From Diplonema japonicum (Eukaryota; Protista; Euglenozoa: Diplonemea), in NCBI GenBank assembly GCA_964019335.1, contig OZ025679.1:310001-374000 (forward strand): a stretch of DNA of 64,000 nt, read 5' to 3'. Both the position numbers and the translations under genes were made by a program. Shown here one piece after another: positions 23,754 to 36,427 of the stretch. The notes below the pieces were generated by a model, which was not told the origin of the DNA, ran no database searches, and worked only from the letters and a program-made list of their open reading frames with translations. Position 1 is the stretch's first letter; every line of letters begins with the position of its first letter.

Positions 23754-24399
23754 GGAGGGAAAGAGAATGTGTATAAAAAAAAAAAAGAAAAAAAAAAAAA
23801 AACGAAAAAAAAAAAAGTGTTCAAATGGTTTTTTTTTTTTTTTTTTTTCTTTGCAAGAATGAGCTTAGTCTACAAAGGGAATGTTTCTACCTTGGCACAT
23901 ATAAACTACAACAGATCCCATGTTTTCCCTCTTTTTTTTTTTGCTAAGATTTCTGTGGCCTGAAGCGGAGAGGGAAAATAAAGAAAATAAAAAATAAAAA
24001 ACATGGGTTATTTTTTAAACTTTTTTTTCTCCTCCCCCCTCCCCCCATTGTAATGTAATATTCATACCATGTCTAAGAACTGGTTTTTAAACTTTTTTAT
24101 TTCGGAATTTTCCCTTCCCCCCTATTTTTTCAAAGAAAAATAGAAGTGAAGAATGGACTTTGAAGGACTAAAAAAAGGGAGGAAGAAGGGGAAAGAAGGA
24201 AGTACAATTTTTTTTTCTTCTCTTTTCTTTTCACCTTATTCCCCCTGTTGTCCCCTTCCCTCTTTCTCTGTTGCCCTTAAAAGATTTATGCTCCCCATAA
24301 AAATAAAAATAAAAAGAAGAAAAAAAAAAAAAAAAACTGTCAAAAAGATAATTTTCCCCATTTTCTACTCTTTAAGTATACTAAAAAAAAAAAAAGAAA

Positions 24400-24741
24400 A
24401 TAGCTATTTTATTGCCAACAAATTATGAGTCATGTTTAACTCGAGTTCCCGAACGATAACGAGTGTTAAATAATGGCTCATTTGGCGGTTATTTCACTCT
24501 TCGGGTCAGCTTTTTTGGGATTTCCCTGAGGTAATACGGGGTGGCTATTTCCGTGGCATTTTAAGGGGTTAAGAGCCGGAATGGCCTCAGATTGCCAAAA
24601 AGAAATAGTAATAACCCCTCAGATTTTTCAAGGTGTTGGGGTACATTTTCCTTCCATGACTTACCTCTTTAGTTAAATAGTGTTTCCCGTTAAATTATGA
24701 GGCCCCATAGTGAGTGAAGAAAAATGACGAAGAGTGAAAAT
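24400..24741 (-). mobile_element. Short divergent Helentron/HINE-like element
   Basis: Ends match the 54.9/60.6 kb copies (atagctatt..tgccaacaa; gaagagtgaaa); asymmetric IR ttatttcactcttcg (24489) / cgaagagtgaaaataa (24728); terminal hairpin 24425-24481. Confidence 0.75.
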
Positions 24742-24779
24742 AAAAAAAAAAAATAAGGGGGTGTAAAAAAAAAAAAAAA

Positions 24780-25210
24780 ATGGAGGAAAAAAAGAAGGTT
24801 TCCGTAATGGTGGACGGCTCGCGAGATGTAGATGACAAACCTTTTGACTTCACAGAGTTCCAGGTATTTTTTTTTGGGGGGGGTAAAAAAAAAAAGGATG
24901 AATTTTACATCGAGCCCAGCGGACCCTACCAGACCAGGAAAACCAGCATCGTGAATGGAATGAGCACTGACAGGCTAATTGATGAACATAGGAAGAGTAT
25001 AGCCCATCTGAATGAAGGTGCTGGAAATGCAGTTGGGGTAGAGACTCTATCAGGGGTCACTCTGAGCCGGAGGCATACGTTGAGCGCGGAGGAGTACAGT
25101 GGAGGATTGGTGTGTGTTTTTTTTTCCCTAACCCCCCACCCTTTTTGATTTTATAGGAAGAAGATAGGTACGATGCGCTTCGGGGCTATGCATTCACCGG
25201 AGATGAATGA
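24780..25210 (+). CDS. Small hypothetical protein (about 116 aa); introns 24864-24896 and 25110-25156
   Basis: Two phase-0 GT-AG introns remove the homopolymer stretches and give a continuous frame ending GYAFTGDE*. Confidence 0.7.
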
Positions 25211-26100
25211 AAAAGTTTTTTTTACACCTTTTTTAAAAAAAGTAAGGGGGGGGGGGGGGGGAGAGAGTACAGTGCATACTTTGTTACACCTGAAAATCCA
25301 TACGACTGTCCCCCCCCCCCCCCCCCCCCCTCTTCTGTGCTATTTTAGGAGTAATCGTGGTTTTGTGATTTGCCCTCGAGCAACAGTTAACAGTCTTCCC
25401 ATCGCATATGCAAAATGTCTCACGGATAGGGGTAAGAAAAAAAAGGGGGGGGGAGGGGGGATTGCGTCTTTCACTGTTCCCATCTTGTGTCCTTTTATGC
25501 GTACACACATTCTTTTTCTTTTCTTCTCTCTTTTTTTTTTGTTTGTTACGTAATACATGGCATATGCGCTGTATCAGTACACACAACGTTATTCGTTTTG
25601 AGATGGAACACTACGGGAAGGCACACTACCGTTACCTCGAGGTGGTCAGGTCGTTCCTTCCAAGGTACAGCAAAGGGATATGGACTACTCTAGTCAGAAA
25701 ACAGCAACATGTCATCCGTTTCCTAGGCTCGGTCAGGGTATCTGGGCGTGCCCAGGCCATTTTTGACCTAATTAAATACCAGAGTGTATTAAAAATACCT
25801 GGCATTGGTATACGCTATGGTAAGAGGCTTGAAAAGTCCTTTTTTTTTAAAAAAATAATTTTCTGTCTTTTTTTTCTCTTCTTGGGGGGTGGGGGGAGGG
25901 CAGCGCAAACCCGCAAACCCCCCCCCCCCCCCCGCGTTTACTACAAAACCAACAATGAATAAAACTGCCAGTATTTCCTCCCCCCCCCCCCCCCCCATCC
26001 CCGCTTTTTCTTTCAATGTTCACCACCTTTTTTCTATTCTTATTCTTATTTTTTTTTTTTTTTGCATCATATTCTTAAAAACCCAAAAAAAAAGGGGGAA

Positions 26101-28405
26101 ATGGAAGCACCGCCCCTCTTAGATGACCTCCTTGGGTGCTGGCAGTACACAAGTAGCTTGACTAAGGAAGACCACACTTATAATATTAGAAAGAACGCGG
26201 AAGGGGATTTCATATGGGGAGAGGGCGAGGTGTGTGGGGAGATAACCGAGACGAAAGAACACCCAAGCTACCAGTGGAGCGTGGCACTAGAGGGACTGGA
26301 GGGAAAACTGTGGATGAAGGCGGTCGGTACACCCCCCGACCTACGACTGCTAGTTACCTTATTCGAAACAGGGGACAACAATCCAATCAAGGAAACAGCA
26401 GCTTTGTTAACATCTGAGATCGTTGGCACCTGGGTGTATACATCAAGCACCACAGGCACCACGCACGCATACAGCATCTTACCATCATGTGGTCGACTGT
26501 TGTGGAAAGAATCAGATCTTTCAGGATGCTTAGAACACACGCAACCTGAGGACAACCACCCCGACTTCGCGTTCAAGGTTAAAATCCCAAACACAACAGG
26601 GGTGTTGTGGCTGAAGGTGGTCGACTCTCTGCAGGCAACGCGCCTTCATACATTGTACAAAGAAACAGAAGATTCAGAAGGCGTCTTGGAGGTCGCATCC
26701 CGACTACTGGGGGCGGCAAGCTTCGTGGCAGTTGGCTCGTCCGTTCAAGTCTGGGAAGCAAAACAAAAAAAATGGATTTCAGGAACCATGACCAACAGGG
26801 ACGCAGCAAACGGGACATACACCATTTTGTCTACCGAAGGGGATGAATTGACAAACATTGACAAGGACAGCATGCGTGTCATCGACACCAAGGCGATTAT
26901 TAACCACGTGCGACGAAAAAGTGAAACGGAGCTCAACGAGAAGCACAACGAGCTTCTTGCTGAGTCGAACCAAAAAGTTGCTCGAATCGACAAGATGGAC
27001 GTGCTCACAACACCGCAGAGTACGCCCCCCACGGACACCTTGTCCCCGAGCGCAACCTCGATTTTGAATAAGAAACCGTTTTACCACCTTGAAAAGGTTT
27101 ATGTAAAACCCGTTCCCGAGGAGCTCGAAAAGCTCTCCGCCAGCCATGGCGGGTGGGGCGGATCTTTAATGGCTGAATGTAGCGGGAAGCTCGGGCTCGT
27201 AACAAAGCCCACCCCCAACTCGGACCCGCTAGTGATGTTCGGCGACGGGCAGGTGTGGAGGATGAACCCTCAAGCGTTGGCCAGAGGGGATGAAATGCTA
27301 CGCTTTGCACGTCAAAAAAAGGACAACACCACCGCCAACATCAAACAAGAAGAGGAATCGGGAGAGGAACGTACTGTTCGGTGGGGTTCAAGCCCGCCGG
27401 CTGAATGCAACAAAACCCAACAAAACCCTGTCAAGGGGACCACGAAACAACGGCGGGAAAAGTCGGGCATGACGCGCGAGGTATTGGGGAAAAAAGAAAG
27501 AAAAGAAAAAAGAGAAAAAAAAAAACAGTCACGGAGGCGGCCCCGTTCCTTATCTCCTGCGGATACTCTGATCCGCAAGCGGTTTCCCGCAAAACAGCAA
27601 CAGCACCAAAGCTCTGTTTCACCGAATGTATGGGGGGGAGAAAAAAAAAGAAAGTTGAAAAGTAAAATAAATATAGCCGTTTCAACGAACTGCTTCCATC
27701 TCCCCCTCGCGATCTAACCTCTCCAAGACCTCATCGACTGCAGCGTTCTCCAGGACACCGTCTGCTCTGGCGAGTGTTACGGCAGCGGCGAGGTACCCAC
27801 AGATTCCGGTATTTTTGAGGGGGGGAAAAAAGAAGAAAAAGAGAAAAATAACTGCAGAAGAAACATGGCACGAACGCCACCAACACCACCACCACCAACC
27901 ACCACCCTCGGCACCAATCGGCCACGTCGAGCACGGCGGCAAGGAAGGCGAAGATATTGGGGGATTTACAGGTATTTTTCTTTTTTTTTCCCCCTCTTTC
28001 CCCACACACCAACAGAAACCCATTGCCTCCAACAAGACAAACTTCGCTACCGGCGAGCAGATCGATATTTACTATGGAGGCGAATGGCTGGAAGCTGTTG
28101 TGAAGCGGAAAAGAATGGACGGGAATTTCGACGTTGAGTACAAAACTGGGGAGGTTTCCTACAAGGTGGGGGCTGAGTTCCTGAGGAAGGTGGGTGGTGC
28201 AGTGCCTAGAAGGATCCGCTTAGCGTCCGCATCGCCGCCACGTGCTCTGACTAGTCTTAAACTTGAGTCGCGAAGCAAAAGCCCTTTAAGAACCCTCCCT
28301 GCCTCGCGGTCTAGGTCTCGATCTCCAGCTTCGTCAAATTCTGACCACCCTGTACCTGCTCCGGGCGCTCGATCGAGGTTCGCCCCTTCGATCCCTCTTT
28401 TATAG
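26101..28405 (+). CDS. Multidomain protein: two ~95-aa beta repeats, Tudor-like, Mind-bomb SH3-like repeat, C-terminal Tudor/Agenet-like; introns 27481-27528, 27628-27676, 27809-27857, 27972-28015
   Basis: Four phase-0 introns link ORFs 26062 and 27815; HGGW..M....GKLGLV......PLVMFGDGQVWRMNPQAL motif. Confidence 0.8.
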
Positions 28406-28428
28406 TGGGTGAAATGAAAAGGGAGTTA

Positions 28429-28536
28429 GGGGGTCTAAAAACCCATGCAAAGGCGGTTTTTTTCAGTTTTTCCAAAAGAAAAAAAAAAAAAAAAAAAAAA
28501 CGCGTTTCTGACCCACCACAAAACACCCTCACAGCC

Positions 28537-28571
<35 letters not shown>

Positions 28572-28608
28572 TCCAATTTTTTGATTTTTTTTAATTTACC
28601 CATTCTTG

Positions 28609-28646
<38 letters not shown>

Positions 28647-28770
28647 GTCGGGAGGGGGTGTTTTGTGGCGGGTTTGGGTCAAGGTATACGGTCAAATGGC
28701 CTTAGAAAAGCGTTTTTTTATTGGCAAAACTGAAAAAAAACCACCTTTGCATGGGGCTTTTGATACCCCC
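28429..28770. mobile_element. Foldback MITE with GGGGG termini and TTA target duplication (PIF/Harbinger/Tourist-like)
   Basis: Imperfect ~45-bp TIRs (cccatgcaaaggcggtttttttcagtttt / aaaactgaaaaaaaaccacctttgcatggg), inner IR ccacaaaacaccc/gggtgttttgtgg, TTA at 28426-28428 and 28771-28773. Confidence 0.75.
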
Positions 28771-28773
28771 TTA

Positions 28774-28937
28774 GGGCTATGTTAGCAAGAAGCGGGGAAG
28801 CGTTTCCGTTTTTTTGTATCCGTTTCCTTATTTTCTCAGATACTTAAGGAAACGGCCCCAAAATAAAGAAGCGTTTCCGCGTGGAAAAAAAAAATCTTTT
28901 TTTTTTTTGGAAACGCGTTTCCTTGCCAACATAGCCC
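28774..28937. mobile_element. MITE with GGGCTAYGTT TIRs (164 bp)
   Basis: TIR gggctatgttagcaag / cttgccaacatagccc (15/16), TA on both flanks, internal gcgtttcc repeats. Confidence 0.8.
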
Positions 28938-29270
28938 TAGGGGGGGGATGAAAAAGAATTGCAACTTTTTTCTCTTCCTCTCCCAAAAAAAAAAAAAAAA
29001 AAAAAAAAAAGCGTTACGAGTAAAATATCTCTTTTTTTTATCCTTTTTTTTTGAGGTCAAAAAAAACCATCCCTTTGTAAACAAATGGTGTAAAAAAAGA
29101 AATCCTTTATCTCATCGAACAAAGAGCCGGGGGGAGGGGGACAAAAGATCACTAGGAGTGGACTCTTTTACCAAGACGGAAAGCTAATGATGCCCCCCCC
29201 CCCCCCCCCCCCTCCAGAAAGAAAACTAAAAATCGATGATCCCCTGAGGTTAGCAGGTTAAAAAAAAACC

Positions 29271-29318
<48 letters not shown>

Positions 29319-30019
29319 TTTCTTTCTTCTTTTGAGTCAGTTATCTTTTTTTTTTTTCTCTTCCCCCTCAGAAATTGTTTAGAGAACAGAAGTTTTAATA
29401 AAGAAAATGAAAAGGAGAAAAAAAAGAGAGGGGGGGGGGGGGGGGGGGGTCGCCACCCTTTGTGGGGTCTGAGCGAACACACGAACAGAACGCAGCCCTC
29501 GGCTCACTCCCGTGACTGTCGTGATGCCAATAGATGAGCCCTTCTCCTCCCCACGCCCCCCCAAAAAAAAGAAGAATCTCGCGCGATATCTACTTACCTT
29601 TTTCTTCTTTCCCCCTCCTTTCTTTTTTTTTTTCCCGAAGGAATCCCATAATGCGCAAGGGATCGTCTGAGCCATTATGTCTACTAAAATAATCAACTTT
29701 CGTGGCATCAGGGACAGCGCTGACCCCGTGGAGGGTTGTTTTGTCGCTTGTTTTTTTTTTTTTTTTTTTTAAATATCGCATCCTTGAAGCCCACCTTGAT
29801 TCGGTCATTTTAGAGATATGGTTTCTTTTTTTTTTTTTTTGTTGCGTTGCGTTGCACGAGAGAAAAAGAAGAAAAATGAAGGGGAGAAAAAAGTGCTTTT
29901 TTTTATTGTAGTTCCCCCCCCTCCTCCCCTGCCCCCCTGCCCACTCTCGATACCTTTTTACTTGTTAAAAAAGAAATATATAAAGAGAACTAAATCATAA
30001 ATCACAGTGGGGTAGGGGG

Positions 30020-33000
30020 ATGGGGTGCACAGAGAGTAAAGACCCGAAGGCGAAGGCGCCACCAAAAGCGCAGGTTCAGGTCCAGCCGCCTGCTGCGAAG
30101 AAGAAGGAGAACCAAGCTTCGGCAAGCTCGGCACCGAAGCAAACAACGGCTGCAGCAGGGACATCAGACCCGAGTGTAGGGTCAGGATCACCCAAAAGCC
30201 CCTCACAGGCACCGCCAACAAAGACGCAGCAAACGAAAGGGCGGCGGAGCAGCCCTACCATCCCATCAATCCAAACGAACTGGAAACAAGCCCCGCTGGC
30301 GAAGGTTGGCTCCTGGGCGCCGACCGTCCGTACCCTCAACGAAGACATCGCACCCACAGAGACTGTGAAGCCCCCTGTGTTCAAGGATGGCATCCCCAAC
30401 ATCGACCTTGTGGGCGTCGATCTGAACAACTTCAAGAAGGAGCCCCCCATTGACGAGAAACCTGACCCCTTCGTGCACACCATGCGCAAGTCGCCAACAT
30501 CTGCCGAGTGCGACCTCGCCGTTCAGCTGGGCATCGACCCCACAAAGGAACCCAACCTTGTGTATCTCGCCCGTGAGCTCATGAGTCTCCCTGCCCCCAT
30601 TGGATGGGAAGAGATCTCACACAAAGGCGAGCATCTCTTCCGCAGAGTAAACGCCACCGAAGGCCAGCTGGAGCATCCTCTCACGGGCCACTACCGCCAC
30701 CTCGTCCACGATGCCAAGAACGCTATTGATCAAGAGCAGCCCTTCGCCTCTCCGAGGAACCCCAAGAAGCTCGATTACTTCACCTTTTCGACGCCCTGCC
30801 ATCTCTTCCTAAGCGACTACCAGAAGAACGACGGTGCCTTCGTCGACTGGAACGACAAGTTCCAGAAGCTGTGGGGGTCGTCATCCATCCAGCCGCACCA
30901 GTTGTCCGACAGGGAGAAGGCCATAGTCAAGCTGCTGAGTGATTTTTCCGAGGAAGCCGAGTACGCAGCTGTCGAGTTTGTGCACCAGACAGGGACCGGC
31001 GACAGGAACGTGCGGATGCGCAAAGGGAACCTTCTCCTTTCGTACCAGAACTCTGTGGACAACATGCACTTCTACGGGTCGCGAGAGCTTGCCGTAAAGA
31101 TGCACCAGCACGAGATGATGGGCTACAGGTGCGTCATGTCTGCAAACCTGATCGACTTGCACGTCCCGCTGCACTGCACTGTGTCGTACCTTGGGAACAG
31201 GGTTACTGTTGTAGCTGCCGTACCACTGACGGACCATTCTATGATTCTGGGTCCTAAGGACCCAAGTGTCCCCCCCAAAGACAGGCAATATATCGGAACA
31301 GGTAGTGAGGTGGAGTCCCTGCTGGAGATAATGTCCTCTGACTTCAGGTTGTCTCAACACCGAACACCAAACATGCAGGTGGTGAAGGTAGGTGCTGCGA
31401 CTACTGAGGCTCACTCAGGCACGGACGGGCGGTATTATGTGACACAAGCCAGCAGAACGCTTCCCTGCCTGCCTGTCGTGCAAGTGGACACCAAGCGATT
31501 CCGACCGGAGCTGGTGAAGACGTACAGACAGACTAAAGGACTCATGAACTTTTCCACCATGTCCGAAAAGGAGATGCTGGCAGACCTTCAGAACTACCTG
31601 GACAAAGACACAATAGACTTCTTTGCCAACTGGCTTGTGTCCCCCGACGGGGTGCAGGCAACGAACTCCGCCACCGACATGGCGTCTGTGTTCCACCATT
31701 TCGGAGTCAACATACGGAAGATATGTGTCGTCTACGACAAGCTGAAAGATATGCTCGACAAGCCTAACGCGGACCTGCCCGTCGTGGAGAGTAGGCTGCA
31801 GGACTTCCAAGCAGAGATGTTTTCCAGAGCGCTGAAAACCGCCGTACGGAGCAGCAACAACCCTGTAGAGGCATTCGAGGCCTTCATGGAGGACCCCGTG
31901 TACCAACTGAAACCCATCGTGAAGGAGAAATTCGGATGGACGCCCCCCGACATGGTGCAGGTGGACAAGGAAACCGTCTTGAAAAAACTGGCAAAGATGC
32001 TCAAGTCCGTGCTGCACACGTCGCGGGATTCGCAAGGGAACCTCATGCTCAACGAGGTGGACCTGAACCATACCGTTATGACGAAGAACGATAAGCCCCG
32101 CCCTACTCAACCTATTTTCTCCTACTCCCGAGGGTACTGCAGGTTCCGGCCTGAGATCCTGCGTGCACTGAACCGGTCGCAGACAAGCACCCACATCAGC
32201 AGCGACTCCCTGTCCTCCGAGGGCCTCGACGGCGACATCACTGTCGACGCAGCGAACATGGAAGCACTGCTGAGCGAGGTGCTCCTCAACGAGGTCATTC
32301 CGAGGTTCGCAAAGGACATCCTGACACGCCCCCCGGAGGACCAGGATATGCTGTGCAAGCTCGCCCACGAGAACGGCATCAACCTGCGGTACCTGGGCAT
32401 AACGCTGCATTACTTGAACGAAGCCAACGACCCGAACGATTGGAGGATCGTAAAAAACAGCGGCGGTGTCCCTTTAGCGGTGGACGCCGTCAAGGTGGAG
32501 ATGTACGCACGTTCGTTCCTCTCATTCTATGAGGACAGGGTGCAAGGGCGGACTTACTCCGATGCGTGCAGGATTGCAAGGAATGCGTTCCAAGCGCTGA
32601 TCGACGACCCTGTGTGGCTCACTCCGAGGATGTATAGCAAGTTCACGTGCCCTTCGAAGTTCTCGATCCCTGCCGCCGATGTGCTGATGGCTAGGTGCAT
32701 CGAACTGTGCGGTGCCACTGTCGTGATGAAGGACCCCGTCACGGTGGAGTCTGTGGGCGTCAAGCCGGTGATGAAGGTGATGGCGATCCCACCGCACCTT
32801 CGAACAAGGTGGCTGATGGAGACCGACACACTCGACACCAGCATTCTGCCCGCCGTGGAGCACGCGCTTGTCGACCGTTGCGACGCGCGGCCCAAGGGGA
32901 CCACCTCGTTGCCGCTGTTGGCGTTGCTGTCATTGTTGTACCAGCGTTGGGAAACAGAAGAGCCGGGCAAAAAACAACAGGAGCTGCTAGATAGAAGGCA

Positions 33001-34898
33001 GACCATGGTGAACACGACAGACCCGGCCTCGGAGGAGCATGGCCAGGCGAACCTACTGCTCGGCGAGTATTACAACGATATCGAGGATTATAAGCAGGCG
33101 GCGCGGTGTTTTTCGCACGCGTACTCCGTGCTGGACAAGAGGGGCTCCAAGGACGGTGCCCTCACGGCTGCCCTAGGGTTGGCGCAGGTGCTGAAATCGT
33201 CCGGTGACGACAAGCAGTCAATGGAGTGGTTCGCAAGGTCGCGCGACCTGGCCTCGAACATGGAAGGTGTTGGGAACGAGAAGATCGTTGAGATCGACAC
33301 CGTCACAGCTGCGGCCTTCGCACACGAAGGGCGCTACCACGACGCAGTGAAGTACTACACACAAGCCATCGACATGCACGAAAAGTCCAATGGTGAAGAT
33401 GAAGGTCTTGCAAAACTCCTCGAGGCCAGAGCCAGAGCACACTACAGCATGTGTCGCTACCCCGACTCCGCGAGAGACTTTGAAAGGTATCACAAGAAAC
33501 ATGAGAAATTTGAAAATAAACCACAGAGCCACGCACATCTACAACAAGGTCCACGGTCGCGACTGTATCTCCATTGCTGATGTGGCGGTGTGCCTTGGAC
33601 AGATAAGGTCCCACGAAGGTGCCTCGAAGGAGGCCAAGGTGCATTTCGAGACTGCATTACAAATCTACAAAAAACATCACGGCCCGGTATGTAGCTACTT
33701 CTTCAGGGGGGAAAAAAAAAGAAAAAAAAAACCCCCCATCCAGACTGCGGAGCAAGTGGTTATAATTTTGAATGAGCACCTTGCTCCCTTGTACATGAGA
33801 ATGGAACTCATGAGCCAGCATCATAAATGTCAGCTTGAGGTGTGTTGAAAAGGAAGCAAACTATTTTTCATACGTCTTGTTGTCTTTTGAACAACAAAAT
33901 GTTGTTGATCAGCTGTGAAGCGTTGGGTTTTAGTGACCTCAAGGCTCCACTCTCGTTGTTCGCAGAAAAAAAAAAAAAAAAAAAAAAAAAAAGAAGAAGA
34001 AAAAGAATACCAATACAACCATAGGTTCTGTTGATGACCCACGCTGACGACACGGATCCTGTGGCACAGAAATATTTCGAGGTATAAAGTGGGGAAGAAA
34101 GAAAACGGGAATCCCCCCCCCAGGTTGCCCTGGCATACGAAAGGGAGAACCTCCCAGAGCAGGCTGTGAAGTACTTCCAGCTTGCGCTAATCTCCCACAG
34201 GAAGGTGTACGGCAAGGAACATAAATACACTATAAAATGCTTGGAGTGGTTAGAGCACCTTGGTGGCGCGTATGTCCCCCAGTTATATCTCTTACAAAAT
34301 TAAAATGTCTCCCACAGTGACCCTCAAGAACGACCGCTGATCGTGACAGGCACGTCGCCCCGTTTCGGGTCTCCACGTGTCGACATCCCAAAGCTACCTC
34401 TGGCATCACAGCAGACAGACACTGAGGTTTGGTCTCGAGGAAAAAAAAAAAAAAAAAGAAAATACAACACAGCAACCGATGCCTGAAATCTGCTTAACCT
34501 CTGAAATTACCGATGGGGACGTAGACAGGGAGCTAGCCTACCATCAACAGCAGCAGAAAAAGTACACGCAGGGCAAGCCAGGCTATCAGTCACACTTCGA
34601 CCATCAATCACCCCCTCCTCAAGAAAACCTCCCGCTCCCATATGTGCAGGAACCTTCTTCTTCAAGCAACATGCTGTCGCCTGGGGGTGGTGGTGGTGGA
34701 GGTGCACTGGACGTAGGCCTGACCCCAAGTAGGCCCAGCTTTTATAAGAACGAGAACAACCCCCACGCAAGGTCTGGGGTCGTGCACATGCAGCCAGATG
34801 CATTGAAAGGCTCACCACCAAGCGCACTGCTGGATGCCAATTATAAGGGAACACCCGGCTCCCCTTCGTTTTATAAGTATGTGATGAAAGAGGAATAA
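30020..34898 (+). CDS. Acylated CEP164-like WW + Clu domain + duplicated Clu-central + TPR protein; introns 33487-33526, 33687-33743, 33840-34024, 34082-34123, 34270-34317, 34427-34472
   Basis: MGCTES; LGIDPTKEPNLVYLARE..LPAPIGW..HPL; HVPLHCTVSYLGNRV and EAHSGTDGRYYV; HFGVNIR/HENGINLRYLG; TPRs continue in frame over introns. The last two introns are less certain. Confidence 0.85.
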
Positions 34899-36427
34899 AG
34901 AATTTAAAAAAAATCCCCCCCCACAGACAAGAACCCCGCACTATCCGTTCCATTCTGTTCAGATCAGGGATAGGTTCCTTCAGTGCAATTCCCGTGGCGC
35001 AGGATATAGGTGAATCGGATACCTCATCAGAGTGGGATTGATCTGGTTTTTTTCCCTTTCTTTTTTTTTTTTTTTCCCTTTTTTTTTATTTTCTTATAAA
35101 GGGCAGCAAGCTTTTGGCCTCCAGCTCAAGTCCAAGGTGGGTAACGACACCTCCCTCAGGCGAGTTGCTTCCTCATGTTGTAGTGACCCGACAAGAGTAT
35201 GAGAGGTGTTCCCACTGGGTCCTGGTGTTGGCCGGCTTGGAGCCATTGCACTCCCCAAAAGTACTCGTGATCTCGTCACCCTGACATGAGATCTTTTTTA
35301 AAATATCGGGCCAGGGTTGCTGCGAAGGGGCTGGCAACACACACCTTTTCCATGTCTCGCCTTTCTTAAGAACCCGTTTCACCGTTTTTAGAGGAGTCAC
35401 CACGGAGTTTGCCGACAGCCAAGCAAGGGACAGGCTAGCACTGCCCCTGAGGTAACTGGAGGGGCGGTTTGTTATTTATTCTAATTTCCATCTGAGCACG
35501 GTTAAAAGTTATTCTTTTTTCTTTCGGGATTAAAAAATCATGTAAAAAAAAGGGGGGGGGGAAGAAAAGAAAGTAAGAAAAGAAAAGGGAGGGGGGAGAA
35601 GGGAAACTGTATCCTATATATTGTGTTGCCATAAGTTCCTACATACTATTGTTTATTTTCTTTTTTTTTTTGCTATTGAGAAAACCAAGAACCTCCCCCC
35701 CCTCCCGTTTCTTAAAAAAGGCGGAAATATAGTGTGGATGGCGTACTTTGGGTACTTATAAGGCCGAAAAAAAAATGAAAATAATAGTGTCAAAAAAAAG
35801 AAGAAGAAAAATACTCCGAGCGTTCGCCCACCTCCGGTCCCTTTCCCCTCCCCCCCTTTTTTTATTTGGGTCTGGCGGGATATTCCCCCAGAAGCCCCCC
35901 GAAATATCTGATATTACATATGCTTACGCACCTCTATAGACCGTCATTCTAAGTCTGGAAAGATTCCAAAGGGTACAGAAGAAAAAAAAGAGCGTTTTGT
36001 GGCGCATCAGAGCGATTCAGTTCCTGTTGCTTTTGACGGTCTATTGAGATAAGAAGCGTTTTTGTAAACAGCGGAGTGTAGCACCTTCAGTCCACACTTT
36101 GAGTTTCTCCTTTCTTTTCTTTTTTTTTTTTGTAAAGCTGATGAGCGCGCTTTAATTTTTATTTGAAAAGGAGAAAAAAAAAAGAATTCAACAAAATATT
36201 TTTTATCTACATTAAAATTCTTATTGGCTGGAAGGAAAGGCTTCTTTTTATAGACATGTGATAGGCTAGTTGCCCTTTTTTTTCCCTCCATCACTCGACC
36301 CATATCCCCCATTTTTATTTCTCCTCCCCCCCCCCCCCCCTGGAATCAGTGTTCCGTTACTACCACAGGTTACACTCGAAGGAAGACAAAAAGTATTTAA
36401 GAAAAAAGAAAAGAAATACATCAATCG

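Noticed and set aside
25627-25643. 17-nt match to the HINE hairpin (taccgttacctcgaggt)
   Set aside because: No flanking similarity; a single match this long can arise by chance in 64 kb
25408-25962. 184-aa ORF over a complex-sequence island
   Set aside because: No motif and both ends run into homopolymers; coding status cannot be supported
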